NCBI RefSeq assembly: GCF_000189555.1
Contig: NC_017276.1
Source of the DNA: Saccharolobus islandicus REY15A
GTDB taxonomy: Archaea; Thermoproteota; Thermoprotei_A; Sulfolobales; Sulfolobaceae
DNA: 64,000 nucleotides
Direction: 5' to 3' (one strand)
The notes under the pieces were generated by a model. It was not told where the DNA came from, did not search any database, and saw nothing but the letters and a program-made list of their open reading frames with translations. Below, one piece after another: positions 50,529-60,050 of the stretch (its first letter is position 1; each line of letters opens with the position of its first letter). The position numbers were made by a program, and so were the translations under genes.

Positions 50529-50824
50529 TGCTCATTCACCATACTTATAGCCTTAACTGGGCATACATTGGCACAAACTCCACAGCCTTTGCAATACTCA
50601 TAATCCACTCTTACCTTACCATTGCTAGGGACTATTGTGGATTCTGGGCAAAACATAAAACACACTTTACAGCCTATGCACTTGTTATAATCAACAACAG
50701 GTTTTACTATTCTCCATGCTCCAGTTCTTCCTCCAGCACCCTTATTGGGTCTAGTTACAGGAAAGTATTGATATTCAAGCAGTGACATACTCAACACCAA
50801 CTTGTTCATAGGCCAATCTTGCAC
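50525..50824 (-). CDS. porD: 2-oxoacid:ferredoxin oxidoreductase delta subunit (2x4Fe-4S)
   Basis: TGAWR..KP, CIGCKVCFMFCP, DYEYCKGCGVCANVCP. Confidence 0.9.
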   Translation of the reverse strand: MQDWPMNKLVLSMSLLEYQYFPVTRPNKGAGGRTGAWRIVKPVVDYNKCIGCKVCFMFCPESTIVPSNGKVRVDYEYCKGCGVCANVCPVKAISMVNEQ

Positions 50825-51329
50825 CTTTTATGTTGAGTTCAGCTATTTTGCCTCCAAATTCCTCTTCTATTGCTTGCTCAAGTGAAGATAATTTAGGTAT
50901 TCCCATTACCCTTATTAACGCTCCTAAGATGATTACGTTCACCATCGGCCACCCTGACTTTACTAGGCCTAGATCTGTTGCAATTTTAGTTGCATTAACG
51001 TGAAAAGTTCTCCAGTTAAGATCCGGTTTGGAAGGTGAATTTAATATTATCGTCGAAGTATCTTTTAGTCCTCTGAACAAATTCCTAGATATTTGGAGAA
51101 GGGAATTATCTATTACGACCAAGTAATCTGGTTCTTCTACTGGGGAAGTAACCCTAATCGGGTTCTCGGATATTCTACAATATGCCTCTATTTCTGCACC
51201 TCTCCTTTCCGCTCCATAAATGGGAAAAGAAGAAGTGTAAAGGTTTTCATATCCAGCTGCTTCAGCTAATAGTTGAGAAGCCGTTACAACACCTTGTCCA
51301 CCTCTACCGTGGAATCTTATTTCGAGCAA
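50775..51329 (-). CDS. porG: 2-oxoacid:ferredoxin oxidoreductase gamma subunit
   Basis: EIRFHGRGGQG, YGAERRGA, N..ILGA. Confidence 0.9.
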   Translation of the reverse strand: MLEIRFHGRGGQGVVTASQLLAEAAGYENLYTSSFPIYGAERRGAEIEAYCRISENPIRVTSPVEEPDYLVVIDNSLLQISRNLFRGLKDTSTIILNSPSKPDLNWRTFHVNATKIATDLGLVKSGWPMVNVIILGALIRVMGIPKLSSLEQAIEEEFGGKIAELNIKGARLAYEQVGVEYVTA

Positions 51330-51392
51330 TAAATAACCACCTATTAGAACTGTATACTCTTCATCGTTTAAAAAACTAACTATAAAAAATGT

Positions 51393-52589
51393 TTAAACTT
51401 TAGGTAAGCCGTAATATATAACTTTTTCATAAAATTCTTTCCTATGTTCGGTTTCAGAAACAATATTCATAATTTCAACTATAATGATAATTTCAGGAAT
51501 TATGATTGAAATTAATGATATGAGAATCGAAACAATGTTGAGGCTCGTTCTAACTTTAGACCTCATGTGATTAGAGATTATTTCTATAGCTAATATTATC
51601 ACTAATGGAATAATAGTTATTGGATCGTGGGTTAAAAAGTATGCAATTGGTAGAGACATTGTAAAGATACTCCCTACGAATGAAACTGGAGTATCAGCCT
51701 TATACCACGACGGCCTACTTTTCAACATATAGATCATAATACTTGAGATAACTCCAGCGGTTAGAAATACTAACGCGGGATAGTAAAATACGGGTTTGAC
51801 TATACTTAAGATATAGAATAGTATCGATAAGGATGAAAATAATACTTCTCTGCTTAACCAAGATGTCTTCAAGTTGTAAATAACTCTGTAAAACCTATCA
51901 GTTCTCCTAGCGTGATTTACTGATAAGAGTAAAGAAGCTACTAGTAAGATAACGCTTACAATACTCCAGAATGGCAATTTAAAGAGAGAATAACCCAACG
52001 CGAATTCACTCCCAATTGTAAAAGCTAATAGTCCCAAGTAATTCTCCTCCTTTTTAGTATGTAAAACATTTGCTTTAAGGCTCTCCTTTATTTCTGGTTG
52101 TTTTATTACTATCCTTGGTTTAGTTATCTCCGAGGGAGGAAGATAATCTACTTCTGCCTCTCCTTTCTCTATCCAACCAAATGCTAATGCCCCTGTAGGA
52201 CAAGCTTCGACACAGTATGGTATGCCCTTTCCCTCTGCTAAACGAGCATAACAAAAGTTGCATTTAGTCATGATTCCTTCATTATTGAACTTTAAAGCCT
52301 CATATGGACAAGCCCACGTACAGAATCCACATCCTATACATTTATCATCTCTTATTCTGACTATTCCCATTTCGTTCTTCTCTATTGCATTAGCGGGGCA
52401 TACTTGCATACACGTTGGATTATCGCAATGATTACAAGCAATTGAGAGCGCTGTTTTACTCTCACCATATGGCATCACGATTAAGCTTCTCCAGTTAAGG
52501 TTACCATAAGCTTTATTGCAAGCATCAACGCAAGCGTTACAGATTATGCACTTATTATGGTCAAATATGAATCCTAATTTCCTTTCCAT
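51393..52589 (-). CDS. DmsB-like 4x4Fe-4S domain fused to a DmsC-like membrane anchor
   Basis: CIICNACVDAC, CNHCDNPTCMQVCP, CIGCGFCTWACP, CNFC...CVEACP; then S..H......YRV......SWLSRE and about 8 TM helices. Confidence 0.85.
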   Translation of the reverse strand: MERKLGFIFDHNKCIICNACVDACNKAYGNLNWRSLIVMPYGESKTALSIACNHCDNPTCMQVCPANAIEKNEMGIVRIRDDKCIGCGFCTWACPYEALKFNNEGIMTKCNFCYARLAEGKGIPYCVEACPTGALAFGWIEKGEAEVDYLPPSEITKPRIVIKQPEIKESLKANVLHTKKEENYLGLLAFTIGSEFALGYSLFKLPFWSIVSVILLVASLLLSVNHARRTDRFYRVIYNLKTSWLSREVLFSSLSILFYILSIVKPVFYYPALVFLTAGVISSIMIYMLKSRPSWYKADTPVSFVGSIFTMSLPIAYFLTHDPITIIPLVIILAIEIISNHMRSKVRTSLNIVSILISLISIIIPEIIIIVEIMNIVSETEHRKEFYEKVIYYGLPKV

Positions 52590-52655
52590 ATGTTAATATC
52601 TCGTAAAATAGGTTAATAACATTAGCTTTATATCGATATAAATTGATTAAATTTT

Positions 52656-52904
52656 ATGGAAACACCATTTTACAAATACGCATTAATGAGGAATTTCATA
52701 AGAGAGATGATAGAACATGACTCCATTAGTGATTTTGTAAAGGAAAAATTGACTAGTGATCTAGAAATGAAGAATAGATTTTGTAATGAAGATGAGGATA
52801 CTTTAAAACAGTTGATCAGCGAGGTTATTGAATACGTTACTTTGGGTAAAGGGAAGGGAAAAGAAGAGGAAATTTTGAATGCGATAACTAGCTCATGTCG
52901 TTAA
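52656..52904 (+). CDS. Hypothetical protein (82 aa)
   Basis: Acidic helical ORF with upstream TATA; converges on and overlaps the Mo-subunit stop. Confidence 0.6.
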   Translation: METPFYKYALMRNFIREMIEHDSISDFVKEKLTSDLEMKNRFCNEDEDTLKQLISEVIEYVTLGKGKGKEEEILNAITSSCR

Positions 52905-55176
52905 TTAGCTGTAATACATACTCTGGAGTTATTGGTATTTCAATCCTATTGATTGGTTTCTTTAGTATGTCCTCTAAGGCATTAATGATAGCAGCTGGAG
53001 GTACAGTAGCTCCTCCTTCCGCAACACCTTTAGTGCCTAGCGGTGTAAAAGGTGAAGGGCTAATCATATGTTGGATCTCGAATTTAGGTACCTCTTCTGC
53101 CGATGGAATCCAATAGTCTGCAAAAGAAGTTTGCCTTGGAATCCCATTTTCATCATATTCAACTTTCTCTAAGAGCGATGCTCCTATCCCCATTGTAGTA
53201 CCTCCCATTAGTTGTCCATCCACTATCATTGGGTTTATCATAGTTCCGCAATCGCTCAATACTACGTACTTAAGTATTTTTATAAATCCAGTATCCTTAT
53301 CAACCTTAATTACCACACCATGTGCGTTAACACCATAGGTCGTGGAGAAATTCACTCTTCTCTTATCATCAGCTACGTTTACATTATATGAATTGATGGT
53401 AACCGAAACGTCTAATCCTATTTCGTCTCCTATTAAGTACGATCTGTTATATATCATGTTAACTGCTTCCTTAATAGAGAACGACTTGTTACTTATTTTT
53501 ACTATTCCATTATCTATTTTTACCTCGTCTTTTTCAACGTTGAACATTTTAGCTAAGTACTCTCTCATTTTTTCCTTTAATTTTAGGGCAGCGGTGTAAA
53601 CAGCTGAAATACCGACTACAGAGAATCTGCTACCATAAAATCCTGTCCCTGGGGGACCTGCAGTATCGCCTAATACGACTTTCACGTCATCAATCGGAAT
53701 ACCTAGAACATCAGCAACTACTTGGGATATACTAGTTTCATGCCCTGTACCCATAGTATTAGTTGAGAGAAACACCGTAACGTCGCCTCCGCTATCTATC
53801 CTCATATACACACCCTCATAGTAAGGTGTCCTAGGTTTATTGACAACTAGCGTTTGGAAAGCTAATGAAGATCCAGGTTCCAATGCGAATGCTATCCCAA
53901 TTCCCGTGTACTTATCCTTGTCCTTTACTTCCAGTTGACTAACAAGTTTCTTTAATGCCTCTCTGTAATTTCCACTATCATATACTGCACCCGTTATGTG
54001 TTCATAAGGAAGTTTATCAATGAAATTTTTCATTCTTAATTCCATCTCATCAATTCCACTTACTTTAGAAACGCTTTTCACGAGGTTTTCCAATACTAGA
54101 ACTGCTGGTGGAATTCCTAGTCCCCTATATGCCCCCGTTGGTGGTTTATTCGTAACTACTCCGGATACTCTGAACTTAAGGTATTTCATTTTATATGGAC
54201 CAACCAATTGATATATTTGTCTGAGAATTGGTAAGGGTTGGTAAGTATGCAAATATGCCCCAAAGTCCTCTACTAAGTCAATTATTGCTCCTAATAGTTC
54301 ATCCCCCTTATATAAAATCTTTGCAGTGTAATGTCTATCTGGTCCATGAATTGCAGAAATTATATGTTCATATCGAGTCTCTATATACTTTACCGGCCTT
54401 CCAGTTATTATTGAAGCTAATGCTGTCATAGCTATGGGTTTTAGAAAGATCTTTCCGCCAAACCCTCCTCCAGAGTCTGGGACAATTAACCTGACCTTAG
54501 ATCTAGGAATATTGAAGATAATGCTTAATGCCGTCTTAAAGACTTGTGGAACTTGTGTATTTGCATATATTGTTAAGTTTCCGCTAATCTTATCAAATTC
54601 AGCTATTACCCCATTGGTTTCAAGAGGAGCCGGTAGGATCCTATTATATCTAAACTTTTTTTCTACGTAATTGTAATCCTTTGGCTCCTCTCCATATTCG
54701 AAAATATCGCTATACACAATGTTGGAGCCTAGTTCTTTGTGTAAAGTAGGTGAGTTAGGACCTATTGCCTTAAATGGATCAGTTATCGGCTCTCTAGGTT
54801 CATAATCCACGTCAATTAGTTCCAATGTATCATAAACCTCATATCTATCCCTACCTAATACTAATCCTATTGGTTCTCCAAAATACTTTGCCTCATCCTT
54901 AGCTAAAATATACTCCTTTGGTACTCTCTTAAGATCAGGGACGAAAAAGTTGGGCAATGGCGAAAATTCCTTTGTATCTTCAAACGTTATTACGCTGAAA
55001 CCTCTTTCCTCAACCCTTTTGGGATCAATCTTGAATTTAGCCCAAGCATAATTCGACCTCAATACTGCCATGTATAGTATGTTAGGAAAGTAAATGTCGT
55101 CAATGTATCTACCTTTTCCAGTCAAAAATCGTAAATCTTCAACTCTCTTAACTGGACTACCAATGTACAAGGTCAC
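52888..55176 (-). CDS. Xanthine-dehydrogenase-family molybdopterin-binding large subunit (CoxL/CutL-like; not a bona fide CO dehydrogenase)
   Basis: RVEDLRFLTG.G.Y.DD, GGGFGGK, AYRG.G (not AYxCSFR), MGTGHET, DCG.MINP..VDGQ..GG, KGVAEG. Confidence 0.88.
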   Translation of the reverse strand: MTLYIGSPVKRVEDLRFLTGKGRYIDDIYFPNILYMAVLRSNYAWAKFKIDPKRVEERGFSVITFEDTKEFSPLPNFFVPDLKRVPKEYILAKDEAKYFGEPIGLVLGRDRYEVYDTLELIDVDYEPREPITDPFKAIGPNSPTLHKELGSNIVYSDIFEYGEEPKDYNYVEKKFRYNRILPAPLETNGVIAEFDKISGNLTIYANTQVPQVFKTALSIIFNIPRSKVRLIVPDSGGGFGGKIFLKPIAMTALASIITGRPVKYIETRYEHIISAIHGPDRHYTAKILYKGDELLGAIIDLVEDFGAYLHTYQPLPILRQIYQLVGPYKMKYLKFRVSGVVTNKPPTGAYRGLGIPPAVLVLENLVKSVSKVSGIDEMELRMKNFIDKLPYEHITGAVYDSGNYREALKKLVSQLEVKDKDKYTGIGIAFALEPGSSLAFQTLVVNKPRTPYYEGVYMRIDSGGDVTVFLSTNTMGTGHETSISQVVADVLGIPIDDVKVVLGDTAGPPGTGFYGSRFSVVGISAVYTAALKLKEKMREYLAKMFNVEKDEVKIDNGIVKISNKSFSIKEAVNMIYNRSYLIGDEIGLDVSVTINSYNVNVADDKRRVNFSTTYGVNAHGVVIKVDKDTGFIKILKYVVLSDCGTMINPMIVDGQLMGGTTMGIGASLLEKVEYDENGIPRQTSFADYWIPSAEEVPKFEIQHMISPSPFTPLGTKGVAEGGATVPPAAIINALEDILKKPINRIEIPITPEYVLQLINDMS

Positions 55177-56369
55177 ACCTTATAACCAATGAATTTATTA
55201 TAAAGAAATCTTGCTGCACTAATCCTTTGAATATCGTTTGTCCCTTCATATGTTTTCATTATTTGTAGATCCCTTAGCATTCTCTCCAATCCGGTAGAGG
55301 TAGTAACGCCATAACCACCGTAGACACTCATAGCCCTTAATATAATTCTCTCAGCAGATTCGGTGGATATGAATTTCGCCAACGATGCTGCTACTGTGTA
55401 TTCGTTTTCTTTACCATTCTTGAACAATGTCCCGGCCCAATAGGTTATTAGTCTTGCCACTTCCAAATCCGCTAACGATTCAGAAACTTTGGTTTGAACT
55501 AATTGAAATTCCGCTAGTTTCTTTTCGAATGCAGTTCTTTGAAGTGAATAATTTATCATTTTCTCTAATGCAGCTTGTCCAATTCCTAAGGCTTGTGAAG
55601 CTACTATGGTCCTAGCGAAATCAAAAGAACTTACCGCATATTTAAATCCATTGCCTTCCTCTCCTAGTAGATTTTCGGCGGGTGTTTTCACATCCTCAAG
55701 TAAAATTTCAGCAGTATGTGAGGACTTTAATCCAGTAGTTTCGATTCTACTTACTGGTTTCACTGCGTCTTTCTCCACAACAAGCATTGATATGCCTTTC
55801 CATCTGGCCTTAGGATCTGGAGGTGATGTTCTAGCTGCAATTAAGTAATAATCAGCAATATCACCATTAGTTATGAAAATCTTTCTTCCATTTATCACAT
55901 ATTCACTATCTAATTTCTTTGCTGTTGTCTTTATACCAGCTACATCTGATCCAGCCACAGGCTCAGTAACAGCAAATGCAGCTACTTTATCGCCATTAGC
56001 TACTGGTGTGACATATTTTTTCTTTAATTCTTCGTTTCCAAACCTAGATAACGCATAAATAAACATCCAATTTATTAATAAAAATGTGCTAAATGAGGGC
56101 CAAATTCTAGCCATCTCCTCTGTTGCTGTAAGCAATGATAAATAATCCGCTCCTTGTCCCCCTAAATCTTGTCTAGCAAATAAGCCATATAGGCCTATTT
56201 CCTTAGCCTTTTGTTTAACCTCTAAAGGAATATCTAATTCTTTTTCACCTCTTTCAACATACTTTGCCAATATATTTTCAGCAAAATCCCTAACTGCACT
56301 TCTTAATAATTCATGATCTTGCGTTATTTCTACTTTAAAATCCTCCAAGGACTTAAAAGGAAATACCAT
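55173..56369 (-). CDS. Acyl-CoA dehydrogenase (paralog of the gene at 3..968)
   Basis: FAVTEPVAGSD, INGRKIFITNG, YEGTNDIQR. Confidence 0.92.
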   Translation of the reverse strand: MVFPFKSLEDFKVEITQDHELLRSAVRDFAENILAKYVERGEKELDIPLEVKQKAKEIGLYGLFARQDLGGQGADYLSLLTATEEMARIWPSFSTFLLINWMFIYALSRFGNEELKKKYVTPVANGDKVAAFAVTEPVAGSDVAGIKTTAKKLDSEYVINGRKIFITNGDIADYYLIAARTSPPDPKARWKGISMLVVEKDAVKPVSRIETTGLKSSHTAEILLEDVKTPAENLLGEEGNGFKYAVSSFDFARTIVASQALGIGQAALEKMINYSLQRTAFEKKLAEFQLVQTKVSESLADLEVARLITYWAGTLFKNGKENEYTVAASLAKFISTESAERIILRAMSVYGGYGVTTSTGLERMLRDLQIMKTYEGTNDIQRISAARFLYNKFIGYKV

Positions 56370-56393
56370 AAAATAAAATCGTTTTTATCATTA

Positions 56394-57257
56394 TTATTTT
56401 TTCCCTAGCTTACTCAACATAACTTTACAGAAATCGATTGCGTTGCCTACAACTAAGTAATCCGCGTTTTCAAGTATTGGTGCATTCTTATCAGTATTAA
56501 CAGCAACTATAATTTTCGAATCCCTTATACCAGCTATATGTTGAGGCTGACCAGATATTCCCAAGGCTATATATAATTTGGGCCTAATTCTTAAACCGGA
56601 TAAACCTATTTGCCTATCCTCTGAAACCCAATTGAGCTCAGCAGCTACCGGTCTGCTTCCACCAACTGCTCCACCTAACGCTTTTGCCAATTCTTCTGCG
56701 TATTTTACGTTTTCCTTAGATCCAATCCCTCTTCCTACGCCAACTACAATATCTGCAGTAGCTAAATTAACTCCAGAGGAAGTTGATTTTCTACCGGCAA
56801 TTTTAACCCTACCCTCTTTCAATTGAACCTTCTCTACACTAGGCTGAAGTTCCTTAGGTTGTAATTGTGCATTTGCAATAGTTATAACAATTGGTAACTC
56901 ACTCTCTAGAGTAACCAACCCCATTCCACTATAGGCTACCCTATTTAACGTGATTTTCTTATCTTCAACCTTTAGTGAGACTACATCAGTAACTATAGGT
57001 AACTTTAACCTCCCCGCTACTCTTCCAGCTATTGCCCTATCCCTTCTCACATTTCCAGTTAGTATTACATCTGGAGAGAGTGAAGATATTAGATCTACAA
57101 TACCATCTTCATCCATTTTATCAATAATGTATAGTTTGTTTACGAACTTAACGTTCTCGTTGTCGGATATTCCTATTACTTCTCCTCCGAAACTTTGAGC
57201 CACAGCTGCTGCCATTTTTAAGAATACTGGACTTTCAGAGAACACTACAGCTTTCAT
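56394..57257 (-). CDS. etfA: Electron transfer flavoprotein alpha subunit
   Basis: VGVGRG, GGSRP, QIGLSG, GISGQPQH.AG, VNTDKNAPI. Confidence 0.92.
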   Translation of the reverse strand: MKAVVFSESPVFLKMAAAVAQSFGGEVIGISDNENVKFVNKLYIIDKMDEDGIVDLISSLSPDVILTGNVRRDRAIAGRVAGRLKLPIVTDVVSLKVEDKKITLNRVAYSGMGLVTLESELPIVITIANAQLQPKELQPSVEKVQLKEGRVKIAGRKSTSSGVNLATADIVVGVGRGIGSKENVKYAEELAKALGGAVGGSRPVAAELNWVSEDRQIGLSGLRIRPKLYIALGISGQPQHIAGIRDSKIIVAVNTDKNAPILENADYLVVGNAIDFCKVMLSKLGKK

Positions 57258-57258
57258 A

Positions 57259-57987
57259 TTAGATCACCCCATCAGACTTTAAGTATTCAATTAATTTATC
57301 AACAGCCTTATTTATGTCACTTTCCTCAATAACTATTCTCTTTCGATTCACGATCATTGGTTTAATTTCCCTTATTCTAACCTTAGATTGTGCATCAAAT
57401 TTGACTTCCTTAACTGGCTTCTTAGAGGATTCCATTATTTGCTTAACGCTTGGGATTCTAGGAGTATTTATTTCACCACCAACACTCACAACTAAAGGTA
57501 GACTTGATTCAACAGTCTCAATATAGCTTACCATTCCCCTATCAGCTGTAACCTTATTTCCCTCGATCTTAAGTGATTTTACGTTCGAAATGTAAGGAAG
57601 GCCAAGAAGTTCAGAAACGTAAGCGGGTAAGGCTGAAGTTCCACTATCAGTTGTCATTTCCGAAAATAATATTATATCTGGATTTAGCGTCTTCACATTT
57701 TCAGCTATCGCCATAGCAGTAACGTAGACGTCTGGATCTTTAACTAAGATAGCTATTACTTCATCAACTCCCATAGCTAAGGCTTCCCTAATGCTTTTCC
57801 TATCGTTACTACCTACTGTAATACCCGTAACCTTACCTCCAAACTTCTCCTTTAACCTTATGGCTTCTTCAATAGCGTTCTTATCATAAGTACTTACCTT
57901 TAACGGGGCATCAGTATTTAGCTTGTCCCCCACAACCTTAACCATTTGATCATCTGGAACTATCTTAAAACCAACAACAATATTCAT
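57259..57987 (-). CDS. etfB: Electron transfer flavoprotein beta subunit
   Basis: K.VPD, YD.NAIEEA, ALAMG.D, INTPRIPS. Confidence 0.92.
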   Translation of the reverse strand: MNIVVGFKIVPDDQMVKVVGDKLNTDAPLKVSTYDKNAIEEAIRLKEKFGGKVTGITVGSNDRKSIREALAMGVDEVIAILVKDPDVYVTAMAIAENVKTLNPDIILFSEMTTDSGTSALPAYVSELLGLPYISNVKSLKIEGNKVTADRGMVSYIETVESSLPLVVSVGGEINTPRIPSVKQIMESSKKPVKEVKFDAQSKVRIREIKPMIVNRKRIVIEESDINKAVDKLIEYLKSDGVI

Positions 57988-58083
57988 ATTTTATTCTCGG
58001 ATTGACTATTTATAAAACTAGTCACAATTTCTAATATTTTAAGCAAAACTTTTTAGTGTTAAAAAGAAATATTAAGCGAGATT

Positions 58084-59967
58084 ATGATCTTGCTTCCAAT
58101 AATAATTACTATTACTATGCTTCTGGCCATGTTTTACGTAATTTACGAAGTGGAAAGGTGGAGATCAACAAGGAGAGTATTATTAGCACTATACGTTGAA
58201 GGAATGATGCTAACAATGAATATAGGAGGTTATCTTTATCTAATTAGCAACAATCCGTTCTACTTTTTGATAGCTAACTCCGCATATATGATTTTCGGAT
58301 TATATCCATTACTTATCGTGAAGGAAGTTAAAATGAGACAATTTGTATACAGCTTATTTGCGGTACTTATGGTAATTTCTGAAATAGCAATGGGAGCGTT
58401 AATTTACACTTTGGAAACCTCAATTCCAGCTAACATAGATACGTCTATTGGGAACATATACTTCGTGAGTGTAATGATGGTGGAAATGGCGTTTACGCTA
58501 ATCTTGTCCTTTAAAAATATTGATAAAACATTGAGGAACTATCTAATTGGTTTATTACTCTTAATGCCTTGGTTTCCCCAAGTGTTTCCTTTAATAAGTT
58601 TACCAATATGGCTCTCTACCATCATAATGATTGGGAATACGATACTAATTTACGATTCTCTGTATAAGCAGAGATTAAGGGCTTCACAAGAGACCTTTAC
58701 AACGATCGAATTAACATCTATTTTCACATTGATGATGATAGGGGAGTTCTTATTCTTCCTCTATGACACCTTAATAGTTTTTGACATATCTATGATAATA
58801 GGAATGGCGTGGTTCGTTTATAGGGCATTGGCTGGACCAAACCCGAGAAAAGGGAATTACACTAGAAATCCTTTATTGGCGTTCACAATAATCTTCCTCA
58901 CATTCATTATGGAATTCTTCATGGGAGGGGTATTGGATTTCGTTGAAGGAATCTTTTCGCCCAGAATTTCTGGATTTATAAATAGTCTAACATTACCGTG
59001 GCAACCCTTGACAAATCCAATAAATGCGTTGTGGGATTTCATAGACTTAGTTGGATCAGTTCTGGGTTCCATGTGGTTTTTAATAATGATGGGAATAGAG
59101 ATGGGATTCTTAGCGTTTAAGAAAATGTTAGAAATGAGAGTTAAGGAAGTAAGGGTTAGGATGAGTTTAATGATCCTAGCTTATGCGTTATACACTATTT
59201 ACATCCCAATGTTTAGCCCACTTTCAGATCGTCTACCCTACATACCCTATATGTGGTCAATGGGGATAGGAACGCTAGGAGGATTTTCAAATTCCGTACT
59301 CTTAGGTCTTATAGGAACTTACGTGGTTTACGCAATTCTCTCTTTCTTATTCGGCTCGAGAAATTTGTGTTCTGTAAGTTGTACTGCACCCTTAATGTAT
59401 CAAGGTACCTTTTATGATTCACTTAAGGTTTACAATAGAACCTCAAAAGTAGGGAGGAAGTTGATGACGTCCAGAAGACCGAATTGGGTTAAAGGGATAA
59501 CGCTTGGTGTTTCAATATTAGTACTAATAGCTGCAGTCATATCATATCTTAATTCATTGGGCATGATTAGTTTTACGCTATTTGGCACTGATATTACGTT
59601 TCTAATATATTTTATGTGGTTTGATATAATTTGGTATCTCTTATTCATTTCTATACCATTCCTAGGTACATTCGCGTGTGTTACCACTGGATATTGCTAT
59701 TGGGGAGTATTTAATCAAGCCATTAGTAGTATAGGTTTATTTAGATTGAAGGTAAAGGATCCGATGTTATGCGTTAACTGTAAGACAGTGGATTGTGCCT
59801 TTGCTTGTCCAGTTGGAATTACAGATATGAGGGGATGGTTTATAAAGAAAGGGGAGTTTAAGTCATTTAAGTGCGTTGGAATAGGCGAATGTGTTAATGC
59901 TTGTCCATATGATAACATTTATTTCTACGATGTAAGGCAATGGATAAAGGAAAGGTTTAAACACTAA
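58084..59967 (+). CDS. Polytopic membrane protein with a C-terminal NapH/MauN-like 4Fe-4S domain
   Basis: Many TM helices; CSVSC..P, C...GYCYWG, CVNCKTVDCAFACP, CVGIGECVNACP. Confidence 0.78.
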   Translation: MILLPIIITITMLLAMFYVIYEVERWRSTRRVLLALYVEGMMLTMNIGGYLYLISNNPFYFLIANSAYMIFGLYPLLIVKEVKMRQFVYSLFAVLMVISEIAMGALIYTLETSIPANIDTSIGNIYFVSVMMVEMAFTLILSFKNIDKTLRNYLIGLLLLMPWFPQVFPLISLPIWLSTIIMIGNTILIYDSLYKQRLRASQETFTTIELTSIFTLMMIGEFLFFLYDTLIVFDISMIIGMAWFVYRALAGPNPRKGNYTRNPLLAFTIIFLTFIMEFFMGGVLDFVEGIFSPRISGFINSLTLPWQPLTNPINALWDFIDLVGSVLGSMWFLIMMGIEMGFLAFKKMLEMRVKEVRVRMSLMILAYALYTIYIPMFSPLSDRLPYIPYMWSMGIGTLGGFSNSVLLGLIGTYVVYAILSFLFGSRNLCSVSCTAPLMYQGTFYDSLKVYNRTSKVGRKLMTSRRPNWVKGITLGVSILVLIAAVISYLNSLGMISFTLFGTDITFLIYFMWFDIIWYLLFISIPFLGTFACVTTGYCYWGVFNQAISSIGLFRLKVKDPMLCVNCKTVDCAFACPVGITDMRGWFIKKGEFKSFKCVGIGECVNACPYDNIYFYDVRQWIKERFKH

Positions 59968-60050
59968 GAACATTTTTTATTCACATTTAACTTTTTTACA
60001 GATGATCGAAAGATAACTTTTTATTATATAAAGTATAAAAGAGATATAGT

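Noticed and set aside
52888-55176. Aerobic CO dehydrogenase
   Set aside because: The active-site loop is AYRGLG, not AYxCSFR, and there are no coxM/coxS or accessory cox genes.
55173-56369. Recent duplication of the acyl-CoA dehydrogenase at 3..968
   Set aside because: They share motifs (ARTSPP..ARWKGISM) but have many substitutions throughout, so these are ordinary old paralogs, common in Sulfolobales.
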